From an uncultured Desulfobacteraceae bacterium (GTDB taxonomy: Bacteria > Desulfobacterota > DSM-4660 > Desulfatiglandales > Desulfatiglandaceae), in NCBI GenBank assembly GCA_964407525.1, contig CAYOWC010000003.1, forward strand, positions 1,588 to 65,587: 64,000 bases of DNA, in the 5' to 3' direction. A program made the translations under genes and the position numbers. This document shows positions 46,049 through 56,550 of this stretch, piece by piece. Below the pieces are notes generated by a model. It was not told the origin of the DNA, ran no database searches, and saw only the letters and a program-made list of their open reading frames with translations. Position 1 is the first letter of the stretch. The number at the start of each line of letters is the position of its first letter.

Positions 46049-46846
46049 ATGTTAGAACTCTCTTTTGTCGCTCTCATACCATCAGGCGCGCTTTCAGAAA
46101 GCGCCATCGGAAGCGACATTATCCAAATGATTATTCATGCAGGCCCCATGGTGAAATTCGTCCTGCTTGTCCTTTTTTTGTTCTCATTCATTTCATGGAC
46201 TATTATTTTCATGAAATTCAGGCTTTTAAAGAGAGCCGCCTCCCAGACGGAGGATTTTCTGGAGCTCTTCTGGGAAAATCGAGATATGAAGAGAATCTAT
46301 AAAGAGAGTGAAAGAATGAAGTCGAGTCCGGTGGCGAGCCTTTTCAGGGCCGGCTATGCTGAATTGGGCCGTATCAGGAAGGCCCAGGCGGGTCCTGGTG
46401 TCGCACAGAGCAGGCCGGGAACGGAAGGAGACATGGCAACGAAAGATTCGGGGAGAGAAACCATGGCGGTCCAGAGGGCCCTCATGGAAAATCTTGAAAG
46501 GTCGCTGAGAAAGGCCACGATAAATCAGCATAATAAATTGGAAAGGGCATTGAGCTTTCTTGCCACTACGGGAAATACGACACCCTTCATTGGCCTTTTT
46601 GGGACCGTGTGGGGGATTATGGAATCCTTTCGAAATATAGGCCTGAAAGGTTCTGCCAATCTGGCTGTGGTTGCTCCGGGAATTTCAGAAGCACTTATCG
46701 CTACTGCTGCCGGTCTGGCCGCGGCAATTCCCGCCGTGGTGGCTTATAACTATTTTTCTCAGAGGACAGCGTCTTTGAATTCAGAAATGGATATTTTTAC
46801 TACGGATTTCCTTACTATGGTTGGGCGAAGGGCCTTTGTGAATTAA
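46049..46846 (+). CDS. tolQ: Tol-Pal system protein TolQ (MotA/TolQ/ExbB proton channel)
   Basis: It has three TM segments and the conserved C-terminal motif (TTGNTTPFIGLFGTVWGIM...VVAPGISEALIATAAGL). Confidence 0.85.
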   Translation: MLELSFVALIPSGALSESAIGSDIIQMIIHAGPMVKFVLLVLFLFSFISWTIIFMKFRLLKRAASQTEDFLELFWENRDMKRIYKESERMKSSPVASLFRAGYAELGRIRKAQAGPGVAQSRPGTEGDMATKDSGRETMAVQRALMENLERSLRKATINQHNKLERALSFLATTGNTTPFIGLFGTVWGIMESFRNIGLKGSANLAVVAPGISEALIATAAGLAAAIPAVVAYNYFSQRTASLNSEMDIFTTDFLTMVGRRAFVN

Positions 46847-46850
46847 AAAA

Positions 46851-47261
46851 ATGTATACGAATCAAGGTGGAAATAACAGACGTCTTATGTCTGAAATCAA
46901 CGTTACCCCCCTTGTGGATGTAATGCTCGTTCTGCTTATTATATTCATGGTGGCGGCCCCCATGATGATACAGGGGGTTGATGTCAGCCTTCCCAAGACC
47001 GCTACGAGAAACATCAAGACGCAGGATGAGCCTCTTATGTTGACTGTGAACAAGGAAGGACAGATTTTCCTTGAGAGCCACAAAATTGAGTTGGCAAATC
47101 TGGAAATGAAGGTGAAGAAGATTTTTGAGAACCGACGTGAGAAAGAAGTCCTCTTGCGAGCTGACAAGGACGTCTCTTATGGTTTTGTTATTGAAGTGAT
47201 TGCCAGGGTAAAAAGGGCTGGAATTGACAAGCTGGGGATGGTAACGGAACCTTTGGAATGA
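46851..47261 (+). CDS. tolR: Tol-Pal system protein TolR (ExbD/TolR family)
   Basis: SEINVTPLVDVMLVLLIIFMV is the ExbD/TolR signature with the conserved Asp. Confidence 0.85.
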   Translation: MYTNQGGNNRRLMSEINVTPLVDVMLVLLIIFMVAAPMMIQGVDVSLPKTATRNIKTQDEPLMLTVNKEGQIFLESHKIELANLEMKVKKIFENRREKEVLLRADKDVSYGFVIEVIARVKRAGIDKLGMVTEPLE

Positions 47262-47287
47262 TTGCTGCGTTCGCACTATTGTGATGT

Positions 47288-48145
47288 ATGGGAAACCACA
47301 GGAAAAAATTCATTGATAATGGTCAGACCAAATGGAGAGGCCCTCTTATATTCTCTCTGGTTTTTCATCTAACGGCCTTTTCCATGTTTCTTTTTGTTCC
47401 TGAATCGATGCCCATCCGCAGGATAAATGGCCCAACTGTTTATGAAGTTGATCTTGTACAACTGCCTTCTGAACCTGAGAAAAAAGTTGCAAAGGCAGCC
47501 GTCGTCACCCCCGGAAAAATTATTCCCCACTCCGCAAAAACATCCGTATCAAGGCGAATCAGTCAACCTAAAAAGAAAGAAAAGCCTGTGATTATTGGGA
47601 AAAGGGTTGTCGAGCGAAAAACTCAAGAAAAGAAACCTGTGAAAAAGGTAGAAAAACCAAAAGTAAATGCCTCGAAACTGATAGATCAGGCCATTTCCAA
47701 GATAGAGAGAAAAGTAAAAGCGGAGAAAAAAGTAAAGGTGATGAAGAAGGATCATTTGACTACTGCCCTATCCAAAATCCAATCCCAGGTTGCAGAATCG
47801 GGAAAGGAAAATCCAACAGCGGAACCATCGGAAAGCGGTATTGCCCTGAGGCTTTACCAGATGGAAGTTGCAGAACGGATCAAACAGAACTGGTCCTATC
47901 CTGTGGCCATCAGCAATCCAGGAGAATTGCAGGGTATTGAAGCTGTTGTGGTGGTGACAGTCAGAGAAAACGGAGTAATTGTTCGATCCTCGGTCAAAAA
48001 GAGATCTTTGAACACCCTTTTTGATGCTTCCGTTCTTAAGGCCATTGAGAGATCTGATCCGCTCCCTCCATTTCCGGATGGGTATCGGAAGAGTTCCGAT
48101 GATATCGAGATCAGATTCAACCTGAGCGAAATGGAGAACTCTTGA
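47288..48145 (+). CDS. tolA: TolA-like / TonB C-terminal domain protein
   Basis: It has an N-terminal TM anchor, a Lys/Glu/Pro-rich linker and a TonB_C-like end. The gene lies between tolR and tolB. Confidence 0.7.
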   Translation: MGNHRKKFIDNGQTKWRGPLIFSLVFHLTAFSMFLFVPESMPIRRINGPTVYEVDLVQLPSEPEKKVAKAAVVTPGKIIPHSAKTSVSRRISQPKKKEKPVIIGKRVVERKTQEKKPVKKVEKPKVNASKLIDQAISKIERKVKAEKKVKVMKKDHLTTALSKIQSQVAESGKENPTAEPSESGIALRLYQMEVAERIKQNWSYPVAISNPGELQGIEAVVVVTVRENGVIVRSSVKKRSLNTLFDASVLKAIERSDPLPPFPDGYRKSSDDIEIRFNLSEMENS

Positions 48146-48147
48146 AT

Positions 48148-49479
48148 ATGGTTCGTATAAAACCTGTCGTGTTGGCTTTAGAAAAGAAGGTAGTGTGTTG
48201 CGTGGGAATCTTTCTGGTTTTTTGTTTTCCGGGTCTTTCATCGGGGCGAATTTTTATTGATATCAACGCCCCGTCCATTCCCAAATTCAAGATAGCCATA
48301 CCCGATTTCAAGAGAATCGGAGGAGATGCGGGACACCTTGAATTGGGAGTTGAACTGCCTAAGGTCTTGACCAACGATCTTGAATTGAGTGGGTATTTTT
48401 CCCCGATCGATCAGGGTGCATTTTTGGAAGAGAAGGATGCTCCCTTAACAGGAGATAAAATAAATTTTAAGGACTGGTCCGTGATTGGAGCTGAGCTTCT
48501 GCTGAAAGCCGGGTATTCCTGTATCGGGAGTCGATTACAGGTGGAGCTGAGGCTGTATGACGTATTCTGGGGAAAACAGATTCTCGGAAAAAGGGCGTTG
48601 GGGGATATCTCCGGGTCCCGTCACCTTATACACAGTCTCTCCAATGAGATCGTTTTGAAATTGACCGGATACAATGGTATTTCCCTGACCAAGCTCGCAT
48701 ATGTGGGAGATGGGACCGGGCACAAGGAAGTGTATACCAGTGATTATGATGGGTACAATACCGATGCTGTTACATCAGACAAAAACATTGCGATGCTGCC
48801 GAGATGGTCTCCGGACGGAAAGAAGCTGGCGTATAATTCCTATAAAAAGGGAGGAGCTGAACTCTATCTTAAAGACTTGGGTTCCGGTGTTACGAAAAGG
48901 CTGTCAGGAAGATCCGGACTTAATATTGGGGCAGCCTGGTCTCCAGGCGGAGAAAAATTGGCCTTGACTCTGAGTGATCAAGGGAATTCCGATATTTATA
49001 TGATAAATCTTGAAGGAAAAATTCTCAAACGGTTGACGGACCATTGGGGTATTGATGTGTCTCCTTCCTATTCTCCTGATGGGAAAAGAATTGCCTTTGT
49101 TTCAAATCGTTCCGGTTCTCCTCAAATCTATATCCTGACCATCGAGGACGGGAAAATGGAGAGATTGACTTTTGAGGGGAAATACAATACATCTCCCTCA
49201 TGGTCCAGACTGAACAGGATCGCTTATACGTCCATGAGTGAAAACGGCAGCTTTGATATCTGCACAATTGATCCGAGCGGGGGGGGCGTAAGGGTGCTTA
49301 CGGGGGATGGGTGGAATGACGAAGACCCGTGCTGGTCGCCTGATGGAAGGTACATCGTTTTCAGCTCTGATCGAACCGGCACGTACCATATCTATATTAT
49401 GAATTTCAATGGGCAGAATCAGAGTAGAGTTACTTTTCAGAAAGGGAACCAGACCAGTCCGACTTGGGCCCCCGAATAA
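48148..49479 (+). CDS. tolB: Tol-Pal system beta-propeller protein TolB
   Basis: It has a signal peptide and repeated PD40/WD40-like units (SP[DS]G..[IL]A[FY]). The ATG at 48148 lies just after the tolA stop. Confidence 0.9.
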   Translation: MVRIKPVVLALEKKVVCCVGIFLVFCFPGLSSGRIFIDINAPSIPKFKIAIPDFKRIGGDAGHLELGVELPKVLTNDLELSGYFSPIDQGAFLEEKDAPLTGDKINFKDWSVIGAELLLKAGYSCIGSRLQVELRLYDVFWGKQILGKRALGDISGSRHLIHSLSNEIVLKLTGYNGISLTKLAYVGDGTGHKEVYTSDYDGYNTDAVTSDKNIAMLPRWSPDGKKLAYNSYKKGGAELYLKDLGSGVTKRLSGRSGLNIGAAWSPGGEKLALTLSDQGNSDIYMINLEGKILKRLTDHWGIDVSPSYSPDGKRIAFVSNRSGSPQIYILTIEDGKMERLTFEGKYNTSPSWSRLNRIAYTSMSENGSFDICTIDPSGGGVRVLTGDGWNDEDPCWSPDGRYIVFSSDRTGTYHIYIMNFNGQNQSRVTFQKGNQTSPTWAPE

Positions 49480-49653
49480 CCGAATAACCGAATAAACGAT
49501 GAATCGGTTTTTCAGGAATTTTCTCTAAATACTTGAAATAGAACAGTAGAAATGATAAAAGTTGACAATACACGTTTTTCGGGTGGGAAAAGATTCTCTA
49601 TGCGATTATCCTTTATAGGTGTTTATCCTATGAAACCGGGAGGAAAAAGGGTT

Positions 49654-50238
49654 ATGTGGAAAAAAGTGGCAACAGGAACGATTACGTTAGCCTTTGTGTT
49701 TTCATCGATGTTCTGGTTTGCATCCTGCGCCAAGAAACAGGTCGATACTTATGAATCGAAGCCTAAGACAGAAATGGGCGAGGGGTCGGCCGGCAAAGAG
49801 AGTGCTGCTGGAAAAACAACCTCATCCGAGACGATTACTGAGTTGACCGAGGCGGAACGGTTGGCACAAGTGCAGGAAATTGAACTCGCCAACAAAATGG
49901 AAGTTTTTGAATCTGAAAGTATCTATTTTGAATTTGATCAGTCTGATTTGAGTTCAGAAGCGCAGGCTCTTTTGAAAAAGAAGGCGGTTTTTCTTGAGAA
50001 ATACCCCTCTGTTTCGCTACTGATTGCGGGCAATTGTGATCAGAGAGGTACGATTGAATACAATTTGGCATTAGGTGAGAGAAGAGCAAGTGCCGCGAAG
50101 AGATTTCTCATGGCGTTGGGGATTTCCGAGGACCGGTTAAAGACCATAAGCTATGGCAAAGAGCGTCTTGCTGACCCGGCAAATAATCCGGTGGCCTGGT
50201 CGTTGAACAGACGGGATTCTTTCAAGTTGTTGCGGTAA
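49654..50238 (+). CDS. pal: Peptidoglycan-associated lipoprotein Pal (OmpA-like)
   Basis: A lipobox (FWFASC) follows the ATG at 49654, which has GGGAGG upstream. The OmpA_C motifs are IYFEFDQSDL and NLALGERRA. Confidence 0.85.
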   Translation: MWKKVATGTITLAFVFSSMFWFASCAKKQVDTYESKPKTEMGEGSAGKESAAGKTTSSETITELTEAERLAQVQEIELANKMEVFESESIYFEFDQSDLSSEAQALLKKKAVFLEKYPSVSLLIAGNCDQRGTIEYNLALGERRASAAKRFLMALGISEDRLKTISYGKERLADPANNPVAWSLNRRDSFKLLR

Positions 50239-50354
50239 AGTCTGCGAAAAAATGGGAAACCATTGCTGGTATGGATGGTTTGTTCGCGAAGCGCATAATT
50301 CATGGGGACCGATCTGATATATCAGGTTGGTCCCTCTAATGTGGGGTATTGGGC

Positions 50355-51245
50355 ATGAGAAAGCACCACTCTGTACCATGGCGTGTTTTGGGAACCGGCG
50401 TGGTAATTCTTGCACTACTAAGCTGTTCTTCCTGTGTCACGGATGAAAAACTGGTAAACAGTCAGATCAGGGCCTTGAATCAGAAGATTGACCATCTGAA
50501 AGAAATGACCGAGAGGCGATTTGACAATGAAATGGATACCAAGCTTACCTCTATCCGTGAACAACAGGCCGAGACTGAAATAAGAATCGGAAAATTGATG
50601 TCGGAAGTACAGAAGTTGTCTGGACAATTTGATGAAAACAACCGTTTCATGCAGCTTTCTTCAGAGAGAGACTTCAATAACCAGGATGATCTAAAAATGT
50701 TTCTTGCTGAGATGGACAAGAGGATGGTTGTTGAAGAAGAAAAGTCCAATAGGCTGTACAGTTATTTAGGGCTTGAACCTTCATCCCATCCGTCTCAGAA
50801 AAAGACGGTGAAAGGGGCTACTCCCGTTCAGCAAGCTGAAGAAAAAGTGCAGAAACCCGTGGCGACTGTCCCTCCTGATCAAAAACTTTATGAATTGAAT
50901 CTTTCCCTGTATCAGGGGGGAAAATACGAAGAGGCTATTGCGGGATTTGAAAACTTTCTTTCCAAATATCCCAAATCCAATCTTGCAGATAATGCGCAAT
51001 TCTGGGTTGGGGAATGTTACATGTCATTGGGAAAGTACGAACAGGCGATTCTGGCATACCAGGATGTCATGAAGAAGTACAGCAAAGGAAACAAGGTCCC
51101 CGGTTCCATGCTGAGGCAGGCGATTGCCTTTTACGAAATTAAGGATAAAACGAGTGCAAAGCTCCTGCTCAAGAAGCTTATTAAACGGTACCCCAAGTCC
51201 AAAGAAGCCGCTATTGCAGAAAAGAAACTCAAGACAATCAAGTAA
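50355..51245 (+). CDS. cpoB: Tol-Pal system protein CpoB/YbgF (coiled coil plus TPR)
   Basis: It has a signal/lipobox (LALLSCSSC), an N-terminal coiled coil and a C-terminal YbgF-type TPR region (YEEAIAGFENFLSKYPKS...AQFWVGECY). Confidence 0.8.
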   Translation: MRKHHSVPWRVLGTGVVILALLSCSSCVTDEKLVNSQIRALNQKIDHLKEMTERRFDNEMDTKLTSIREQQAETEIRIGKLMSEVQKLSGQFDENNRFMQLSSERDFNNQDDLKMFLAEMDKRMVVEEEKSNRLYSYLGLEPSSHPSQKKTVKGATPVQQAEEKVQKPVATVPPDQKLYELNLSLYQGGKYEEAIAGFENFLSKYPKSNLADNAQFWVGECYMSLGKYEQAILAYQDVMKKYSKGNKVPGSMLRQAIAFYEIKDKTSAKLLLKKLIKRYPKSKEAAIAEKKLKTIK

Positions 51246-51264
51246 CGGTTTTTGCCGGATAATG

Positions 51265-51425
51265 CTTTTGAGGGACGCAGACTCCCGCAGATAAGCGCAG
51301 ATAATTATAGAAGAATGGCTCTTTGTGAATTTTCCTGTCATTCCGGGCTTGATCCGGAATCCAGGAACTTCGCTTGGAAACCTTGGATGCTTGTTTTCGA
51401 GGGAATGACACGGATGTGATGGCAT
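51265..51425. repeat. Composite intergenic repeat block
   Basis: It contains gacgcagactcccgcagataagcgcagat. A hairpin gtcattccgg-gcttgat-ccggaatcc is present. The CCAGGAACTTCG and GGGAATGAC motifs are shared with 11557-11640. Confidence 0.45.
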
Positions 51426-51478
51426 TCATAAGTGCTTTTATGGGGAAGTGCTTTCTCTGTGTCCTCTGGTCTCTGTGG

Positions 51479-53779
51479 CTATTTTTTCAACAGCACATGA
51501 TGAAATGCTGTTGTTACATCCTTTCTGGTGATAGTCCCAAGCAGTTTGGTGGGGTCGTTTTTATCCACCACAGGCAGAATGGCAAAATCTCCCGCAGTGA
51601 TTTTTGCAAGAGCTGCCAGGAGGTTGTCCTGGTCAGTAACCGTTATCACTTCTTTTGTGGCGATGTCGCCGGCGGTAACTTTGATGTCTCCCTTTTTGGA
51701 GGCCCATTTACAGTCCGAAAGGGACAGAATTCCTTTTAGTCTGCCTGAATCATCGGTCACAGGAAGGCTGTTTAATCCCATTTCATAGATGATTTCTTTG
51801 AGTTCTTCCAGGGGAGTTGCCTCACTGACGGGTGCAACATTCTCGTTCATGGCATCCCTTACGGGTATCGCCCTGAAATCAGCAAGATGAACTTCTGATT
51901 CTTTTTTTGGTGAATTCTTCGGGCCTATCCCTTCCCCGGCCTTTATTTCTTCTATCCTCTGGTTGTAATACTGAATCATCTCCCGTCTATCCAGCATCCC
52001 GACAAGCAGAGTATGGTCTTCTTCACTGACTACGGGAATTCTCTGGAGATTACGAATCGTACATTTTTTAAAAACCTCATTAAGATCTTCGGAAGGGGTT
52101 GTATAGATAATGCTTGTGTTTGCAACGTCCTTCATACGAACAAGGTCCTCTATTTCGTTATCAAAAAGCACGCCTCGTATATCATTTATGGAAAAGATCC
52201 CAATCATTCTTTTTTCTTTGTTCACAACGGGGAAGTAATGCTGGTCGCTTGTACTGAAGATTTTACGGAATTTATTGAGTGTCATATCCTCTGGGATTAA
52301 CTGGGCTTTCCTGAACTGAGATGAAAGTTCTCGAACCCTTATGGCGGCAAGGATATCCACGAAAAAATCTCCGCGATGGGCGTTTGAATCGATCTTTGAA
52401 TTTACCTGACTCTGGTAGATGGTCCATTTTCTTGATAGCATATAAGTCAGAGAACAGACAAGGAGACCTGGCAAAAGAAGGTGATAGGAGTTAGTCATTT
52501 CACTGACAAAAATAATCGTGGAAATGGGGGTGTTGGAGACCCCGGAGAAAAATCCGGCCATACCAACGACAACAAAAGCACCCGGGTGTGTAACGACCGT
52601 AGGCCAGATATTGTGAAAGATTTTCCCTACTACCCCACCCAGCGCTCCTCCAATAACCACGGATGGTCCGAATACGCCGCCACTGCCGCCCGAACCGATT
52701 GAAAAGGAGGTGGTGAAAATTTTCCCTATAGCCAATGTCAGCAGAAAAAGAGTGGGAAGGTTGTTTTCAAGAGCCATCTGCATGAAGCCATAGCCGAAAG
52801 AAAGGGTTTGCGGCAGGAAAAATCCAATGGCGCCGGTGATTAATCCCCCAATGGCAGGTTTGATGTGATTGGGGAGCTTTATCCGTTTGAAGAGGTGTTG
52901 GATGCCGTAAAATGATCGGACATACAGGAAGCCGCCCGCGGTGAGGACGATAGCGAGAACTGTATAGGGGCCAAGTTCAAGGGGGTTTCTGAAGAGAAAA
53001 TCCCTGGTTTCAAACAGGGAACCCCAACCGAAGCAGAGGCAGAAGAGACAATAGGCCACCACGGATGAAATACCTGCTGGAATAATGACTTCCGATTCAA
53101 ATTCCGGGTCGCGGTATAGAATCTCCGCAGCAAACAGTGCGCCGGCAAGGGGCGCACGGAAAATGCTTCCCACGCCGGCGCCCATGCCTGCTGCAAGCAT
53201 GATCCGCCTTTCACGGTCAGATAACCCCAGTTTTGTAGCGAGAAACGAACCGAAACCGGAGCCTATCTGGGCGATGGGGCCTTCACGTCCTCCAGATCCT
53301 CCTGAAGTCAGGGTTATGGCAGAGGCAATGGTCTTAATGATAGGGATTCTGGCTCTGATGAAGCCCCCTTTGTTGTGATAGGAATCTATGGCAGCATCCG
53401 TTCCATGCCCTTCAGCTTCAGGGGCAAAGGTATACACGAGCCATCCACTGAAGATGCCTCCTACGGCGGGAAGGAACAGGAGCACCCATCGATTAAAGGG
53501 GGTCTTTGTGGGCGTAAAAAGTCCTCCCTCTCCTGCGGGTTCAGGTGGACGGTAACCTGCCAACTGATCCAGAAGAAAATGGGTTCCTATCTGGCAGAGC
53601 CAATGAAATACGATAGATCCTGCGCCGGCAATGAGACCGATCAGGACAAAATATATCATCCACTTTCCTGCGGTGGTGATGGTGCTGTGCGTTGTTTTTA
53701 TCGTCTGGGAGTCAGGCCAGAATCTGATTTTCAGTTTTCGTTTCATTTTGATTTTGTGGAGTATATAATGTCTTTGCAA
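51479..53779 (-). CDS. ClC-family voltage-gated chloride channel / H+-Cl- antiporter with four C-terminal CBS motifs
   Basis: The ClC selectivity motifs are GSGGREGP, GVGSIFRAP and GSGGSGGVFGPS. The C-terminal ~300 aa carry four CBS repeats. Confidence 0.85.
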   Translation of the reverse strand: MQRHYILHKIKMKRKLKIRFWPDSQTIKTTHSTITTAGKWMIYFVLIGLIAGAGSIVFHWLCQIGTHFLLDQLAGYRPPEPAGEGGLFTPTKTPFNRWVLLFLPAVGGIFSGWLVYTFAPEAEGHGTDAAIDSYHNKGGFIRARIPIIKTIASAITLTSGGSGGREGPIAQIGSGFGSFLATKLGLSDRERRIMLAAGMGAGVGSIFRAPLAGALFAAEILYRDPEFESEVIIPAGISSVVAYCLFCLCFGWGSLFETRDFLFRNPLELGPYTVLAIVLTAGGFLYVRSFYGIQHLFKRIKLPNHIKPAIGGLITGAIGFFLPQTLSFGYGFMQMALENNLPTLFLLTLAIGKIFTTSFSIGSGGSGGVFGPSVVIGGALGGVVGKIFHNIWPTVVTHPGAFVVVGMAGFFSGVSNTPISTIIFVSEMTNSYHLLLPGLLVCSLTYMLSRKWTIYQSQVNSKIDSNAHRGDFFVDILAAIRVRELSSQFRKAQLIPEDMTLNKFRKIFSTSDQHYFPVVNKEKRMIGIFSINDIRGVLFDNEIEDLVRMKDVANTSIIYTTPSEDLNEVFKKCTIRNLQRIPVVSEEDHTLLVGMLDRREMIQYYNQRIEEIKAGEGIGPKNSPKKESEVHLADFRAIPVRDAMNENVAPVSEATPLEELKEIIYEMGLNSLPVTDDSGRLKGILSLSDCKWASKKGDIKVTAGDIATKEVITVTDQDNLLAALAKITAGDFAILPVVDKNDPTKLLGTITRKDVTTAFHHVLLKK

Positions 53780-53830
53780 CTGCTCGTCAAGGTGCCCTTA
53801 AAAGTTTCGCTCTATTTTTGAGAAGAAAGA

Positions 53831-54619
53831 TCATTTTCTTCGTCCCCAACTTCGGGGTATATATGCAGAGGGCACCTTGGGCTTGTCTTCCTGTTTTTTC
53901 CGTGGGGGGGTGTTTGGGGTAAACTCGACATTTGCGGGTTTTTCAAACCACCTTGGCAGGCACCTGTGACAAGGGCTATACCCTTCCCAGAAGGCATTGT
54001 ACATGGATGAAAATTGGACACGGTGATTTATTGGTATCTGCCTACCGGATGGACAATTTTTTCTATGAAAGCGAAAAGACTTTTTATTGCCCCTGTATTC
54101 TGTTTTTTCCTCTTTTGGGAGGTTTTTCCAGATTCCCAATTTTTCTTCCATCGCCTGCCTTTGGATGTGGATCAGATAGCCCCTGTATCTTAGATTGGGC
54201 TTGTGCGATGCGACATACGCAAGTCCGTTCTTGACCATGAGCGCATTAATCATTTCCCCGTTTTCAATGAAAACATAGGCCAGTGTTCGTTTGTATCTAT
54301 CCTTGGTTTGACGATCATATTCAAGTGAGACGGCTTTCAGATTGACCAATTCCGTGTTTAGATCCTTTGCTTCCCTTGAAAAAAGTTCATCATTGCCATC
54401 TTCATGATCAATTTCAGGGGTATTGATCCCCGTATATCGAACCTTTGTTCCGTTCTGAAGAAGAATGGTATCCCCATCATACACGAATACCACTTGGTGG
54501 GTATCCCCACATGCCAGGGACAGGAAGAGCAAAGTCATGAAAAACGCCGGAACTATGCAAATTATTTTTGTTGTGGGATGCATTTTTTTTTGACCGGATT
54601 TTTGAAATAGGATACTCAA
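53831..54619 (-). CDS. Secreted thermonuclease (SNase-like) family protein with a C-terminal Cys/His-rich extension
   Basis: It has an N-terminal TM/signal. The SNase motifs are VFVYDGDTILL and VRYTGINTPE. The tail has FHRKNCPSG...SPCHRC. Confidence 0.75.
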   Translation of the reverse strand: MSILFQKSGQKKMHPTTKIICIVPAFFMTLLFLSLACGDTHQVVFVYDGDTILLQNGTKVRYTGINTPEIDHEDGNDELFSREAKDLNTELVNLKAVSLEYDRQTKDRYKRTLAYVFIENGEMINALMVKNGLAYVASHKPNLRYRGYLIHIQRQAMEEKLGIWKNLPKEEKTEYRGNKKSFRFHRKNCPSGRQIPINHRVQFSSMYNAFWEGYSPCHRCLPRWFEKPANVEFTPNTPPRKKQEDKPKVPSAYIPRSWGRRK

Positions 54620-54914
54620 TCTTTCTGATTATTCATTTATAATATGAATTGTTATTGACTTTAATGCGTTTCGCAATTAGTATTAATTGGTTTAGACAAT
54701 ATTGAATTTCTTTAGGGTTTGCTTAGAAACAACCTCTAGATTGCTGTAGCGAAACTATTCATACAACAGAAAAGCGGCACCCGCAAGTTTCCATTTCGGT
54801 CCTGTGGTCAGGAAGAAGAAAAAATCTTTCTTACCTGTTGAAGATTCCGGAAGTCTATGGAGGAAAGGACGAGTGGTTGCCCGAGAACATCAAATAACAT
54901 ACAGGGAGTATATC

Positions 54915-55085
54915 ATGCCGGACATAATGACGACAAAGGAAGTTGCTAAATATTTAAAGCTGCATGAAATTACCATTTGTAAATATGCTGCGGAAGGAAA
55001 AATACCCGCTATCAGAATAGGCAGAGTTTGGAGGTTCGACAAAGAGGCCATTGATCGGTGGATCAGCGGAGAGCAGAAAAATTAG
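54915..55085 (+). CDS. Excisionase-family (MerR-superfamily) helix-turn-helix DNA-binding protein
   Basis: The ATG at 54915 has AGGGAG upstream. MTTKEVAKYLKLHEITICKYAAEGKIPAIRIGRVWRFDKEAIDRWI is the typical excisionase-type HTH. Confidence 0.7.
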   Translation: MPDIMTTKEVAKYLKLHEITICKYAAEGKIPAIRIGRVWRFDKEAIDRWISGEQKN

Positions 55086-55158
55086 CTTCTTTTTTTGTTG
55101 TGATGCTTTGAAATCCTGTCACAAGGAAAGAAAGCCGGAAAGTTATGAACCATGCCCG

Positions 55159-56334
55159 TTAGGAATACAGGAGGGATGCTTTCCTTTCGTTCAAAAAGGG
55201 TTCGAGTTCCTGGTCCCACTTCCAGGTAAGAGAGGGCGGATTTTTGCCGGATTCTAAATCGTGGCGCAAGTCTGTATTGCCCAGGATCAAGTCGATGGGC
55301 ATTTTTTCGTGTTCATATTCGTATGGGGGCTGTTTCCAACTGAAATCGTTTCTGTGGATTTTCATGATGGCGTAAAGCAGGCAGATGGAGGTGAAATACG
55401 GCTTATAAACAATTGGATCCAGAATATGGATCATGAACCCATGACAGAGTTCTCCCGCCCATTTGCCGAAGGTGGGGCGAAACTGGGTTTTTTGGAGATA
55501 GCAACCCTCGGTTGCAACCTTTCCTATTTCGCTTTTTACCGCGTTTGTGTCTAAAAATGGGGCGCCGAAAATCTCAAAAGGACGGCAGGTGCCTCTCCCT
55601 TCTGAGATATTTGTTCCTTCCCAGAGCACCTGTCCTGGATAAACAAATGCTGTTTCAGGAAGAGGCATGTTAGGGGATGGCATAACCCATCGCAACCCTG
55701 TCTCCTGCCAGAGCATTTCCCGGCGCCACCCCTCCATCGCGATGATTTCCAGGTCGGATTTTAAACCATAGTGGTGATTGAAATAAAGGGCCATCTCCCC
55801 CATTGTAAGGCCGTGGCGCATGGGAATTCTGCATGGCCCGACGAATGAAAAGAGTTCGGGTTCAAGCAGGTTGCCTTCCACAACTTGCCCCCCCAATGGG
55901 TTTGGACGGTCTAAAACAATAACTTTCTTCCCATATTTCGCAGCAGCTCTCATGCAGTTCAGCATGGTACTGCTGAATGTGTAGACCCTTGTTCCCACAT
56001 CCTGGAGGTCAATGATCAGGATATCGATTGTGTCGAGCATTTCCCGTGAAGGTTCTCTGGAGTGGGCATAAAGGCTGAACACCGGTATTTTCATGAAGTT
56101 ATCGGACGCGTGGGGGGTTTCAACCATATTGTCCTGGTCTTCACCCCCGTACCCATGCTGGGGGCCGAAAAGGGCTTTTAACTGTCCCGGAAAAAGCTGG
56201 GCAACGACCTCTTTTGCGCTATTCAAATTGGCATCCACGGAAGCCTGATTGGCAAGGAGACCAAGGCGAAAACCAGACAGTTTTTTAACGTATTCCCCGT
56301 AAAGGCGGTCAAGACCTGTCAAAATATCAGTCAT
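55159..56334 (-). CDS. DUF1343 family protein (YbbC/NamZ-like exo-muramidase family)
   Basis: A 391 aa protein with the motifs GLLANQASV, ALFGPQHG, DILIIDLQDVGTRVYT and VLDRPNP. Confidence 0.75.
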   Translation of the reverse strand: MTDILTGLDRLYGEYVKKLSGFRLGLLANQASVDANLNSAKEVVAQLFPGQLKALFGPQHGYGGEDQDNMVETPHASDNFMKIPVFSLYAHSREPSREMLDTIDILIIDLQDVGTRVYTFSSTMLNCMRAAAKYGKKVIVLDRPNPLGGQVVEGNLLEPELFSFVGPCRIPMRHGLTMGEMALYFNHHYGLKSDLEIIAMEGWRREMLWQETGLRWVMPSPNMPLPETAFVYPGQVLWEGTNISEGRGTCRPFEIFGAPFLDTNAVKSEIGKVATEGCYLQKTQFRPTFGKWAGELCHGFMIHILDPIVYKPYFTSICLLYAIMKIHRNDFSWKQPPYEYEHEKMPIDLILGNTDLRHDLESGKNPPSLTWKWDQELEPFLNERKASLLYS

Positions 56335-56550
56335 TTTTGGATGGGTACTCCCGGGAGTTTTTGTTTGGTTGGTATTTCTCAGGATTCTACGTCATGTATT
56401 ATCCCTTTGCAAGATCTTTTGCCGAGGCATTCAGGCTGTGGATTTCGCATAAAGCAGAAAACCTTCTGATGAGCAGGGCCTCTGACTGGCAAAAAGGTCA
56501 GTCAGATCGAGGAAAAAACTTCTTAAAGAAAGTCATATGAGGATGAAAAC

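Noticed and set aside
49480-49520. Terminator after tolB (taaccgaataaccgaataaacgatgaatcggttttt).
   Set aside because: It offers only a 5-bp stem with a short tandem accgaata duplication, and pal follows in the same cluster. It is too weak to call.
54620-55085. Excisionase-type HTH gene in an AT-rich spacer, as a sign of a prophage or integrative element.
   Set aside because: The window contains no integrase, recombinase, phage or conjugation genes, no tRNA target and no flanking direct repeats. The neighbours are housekeeping-type genes. Stand-alone HTH proteins of this family are common outside mobile elements.
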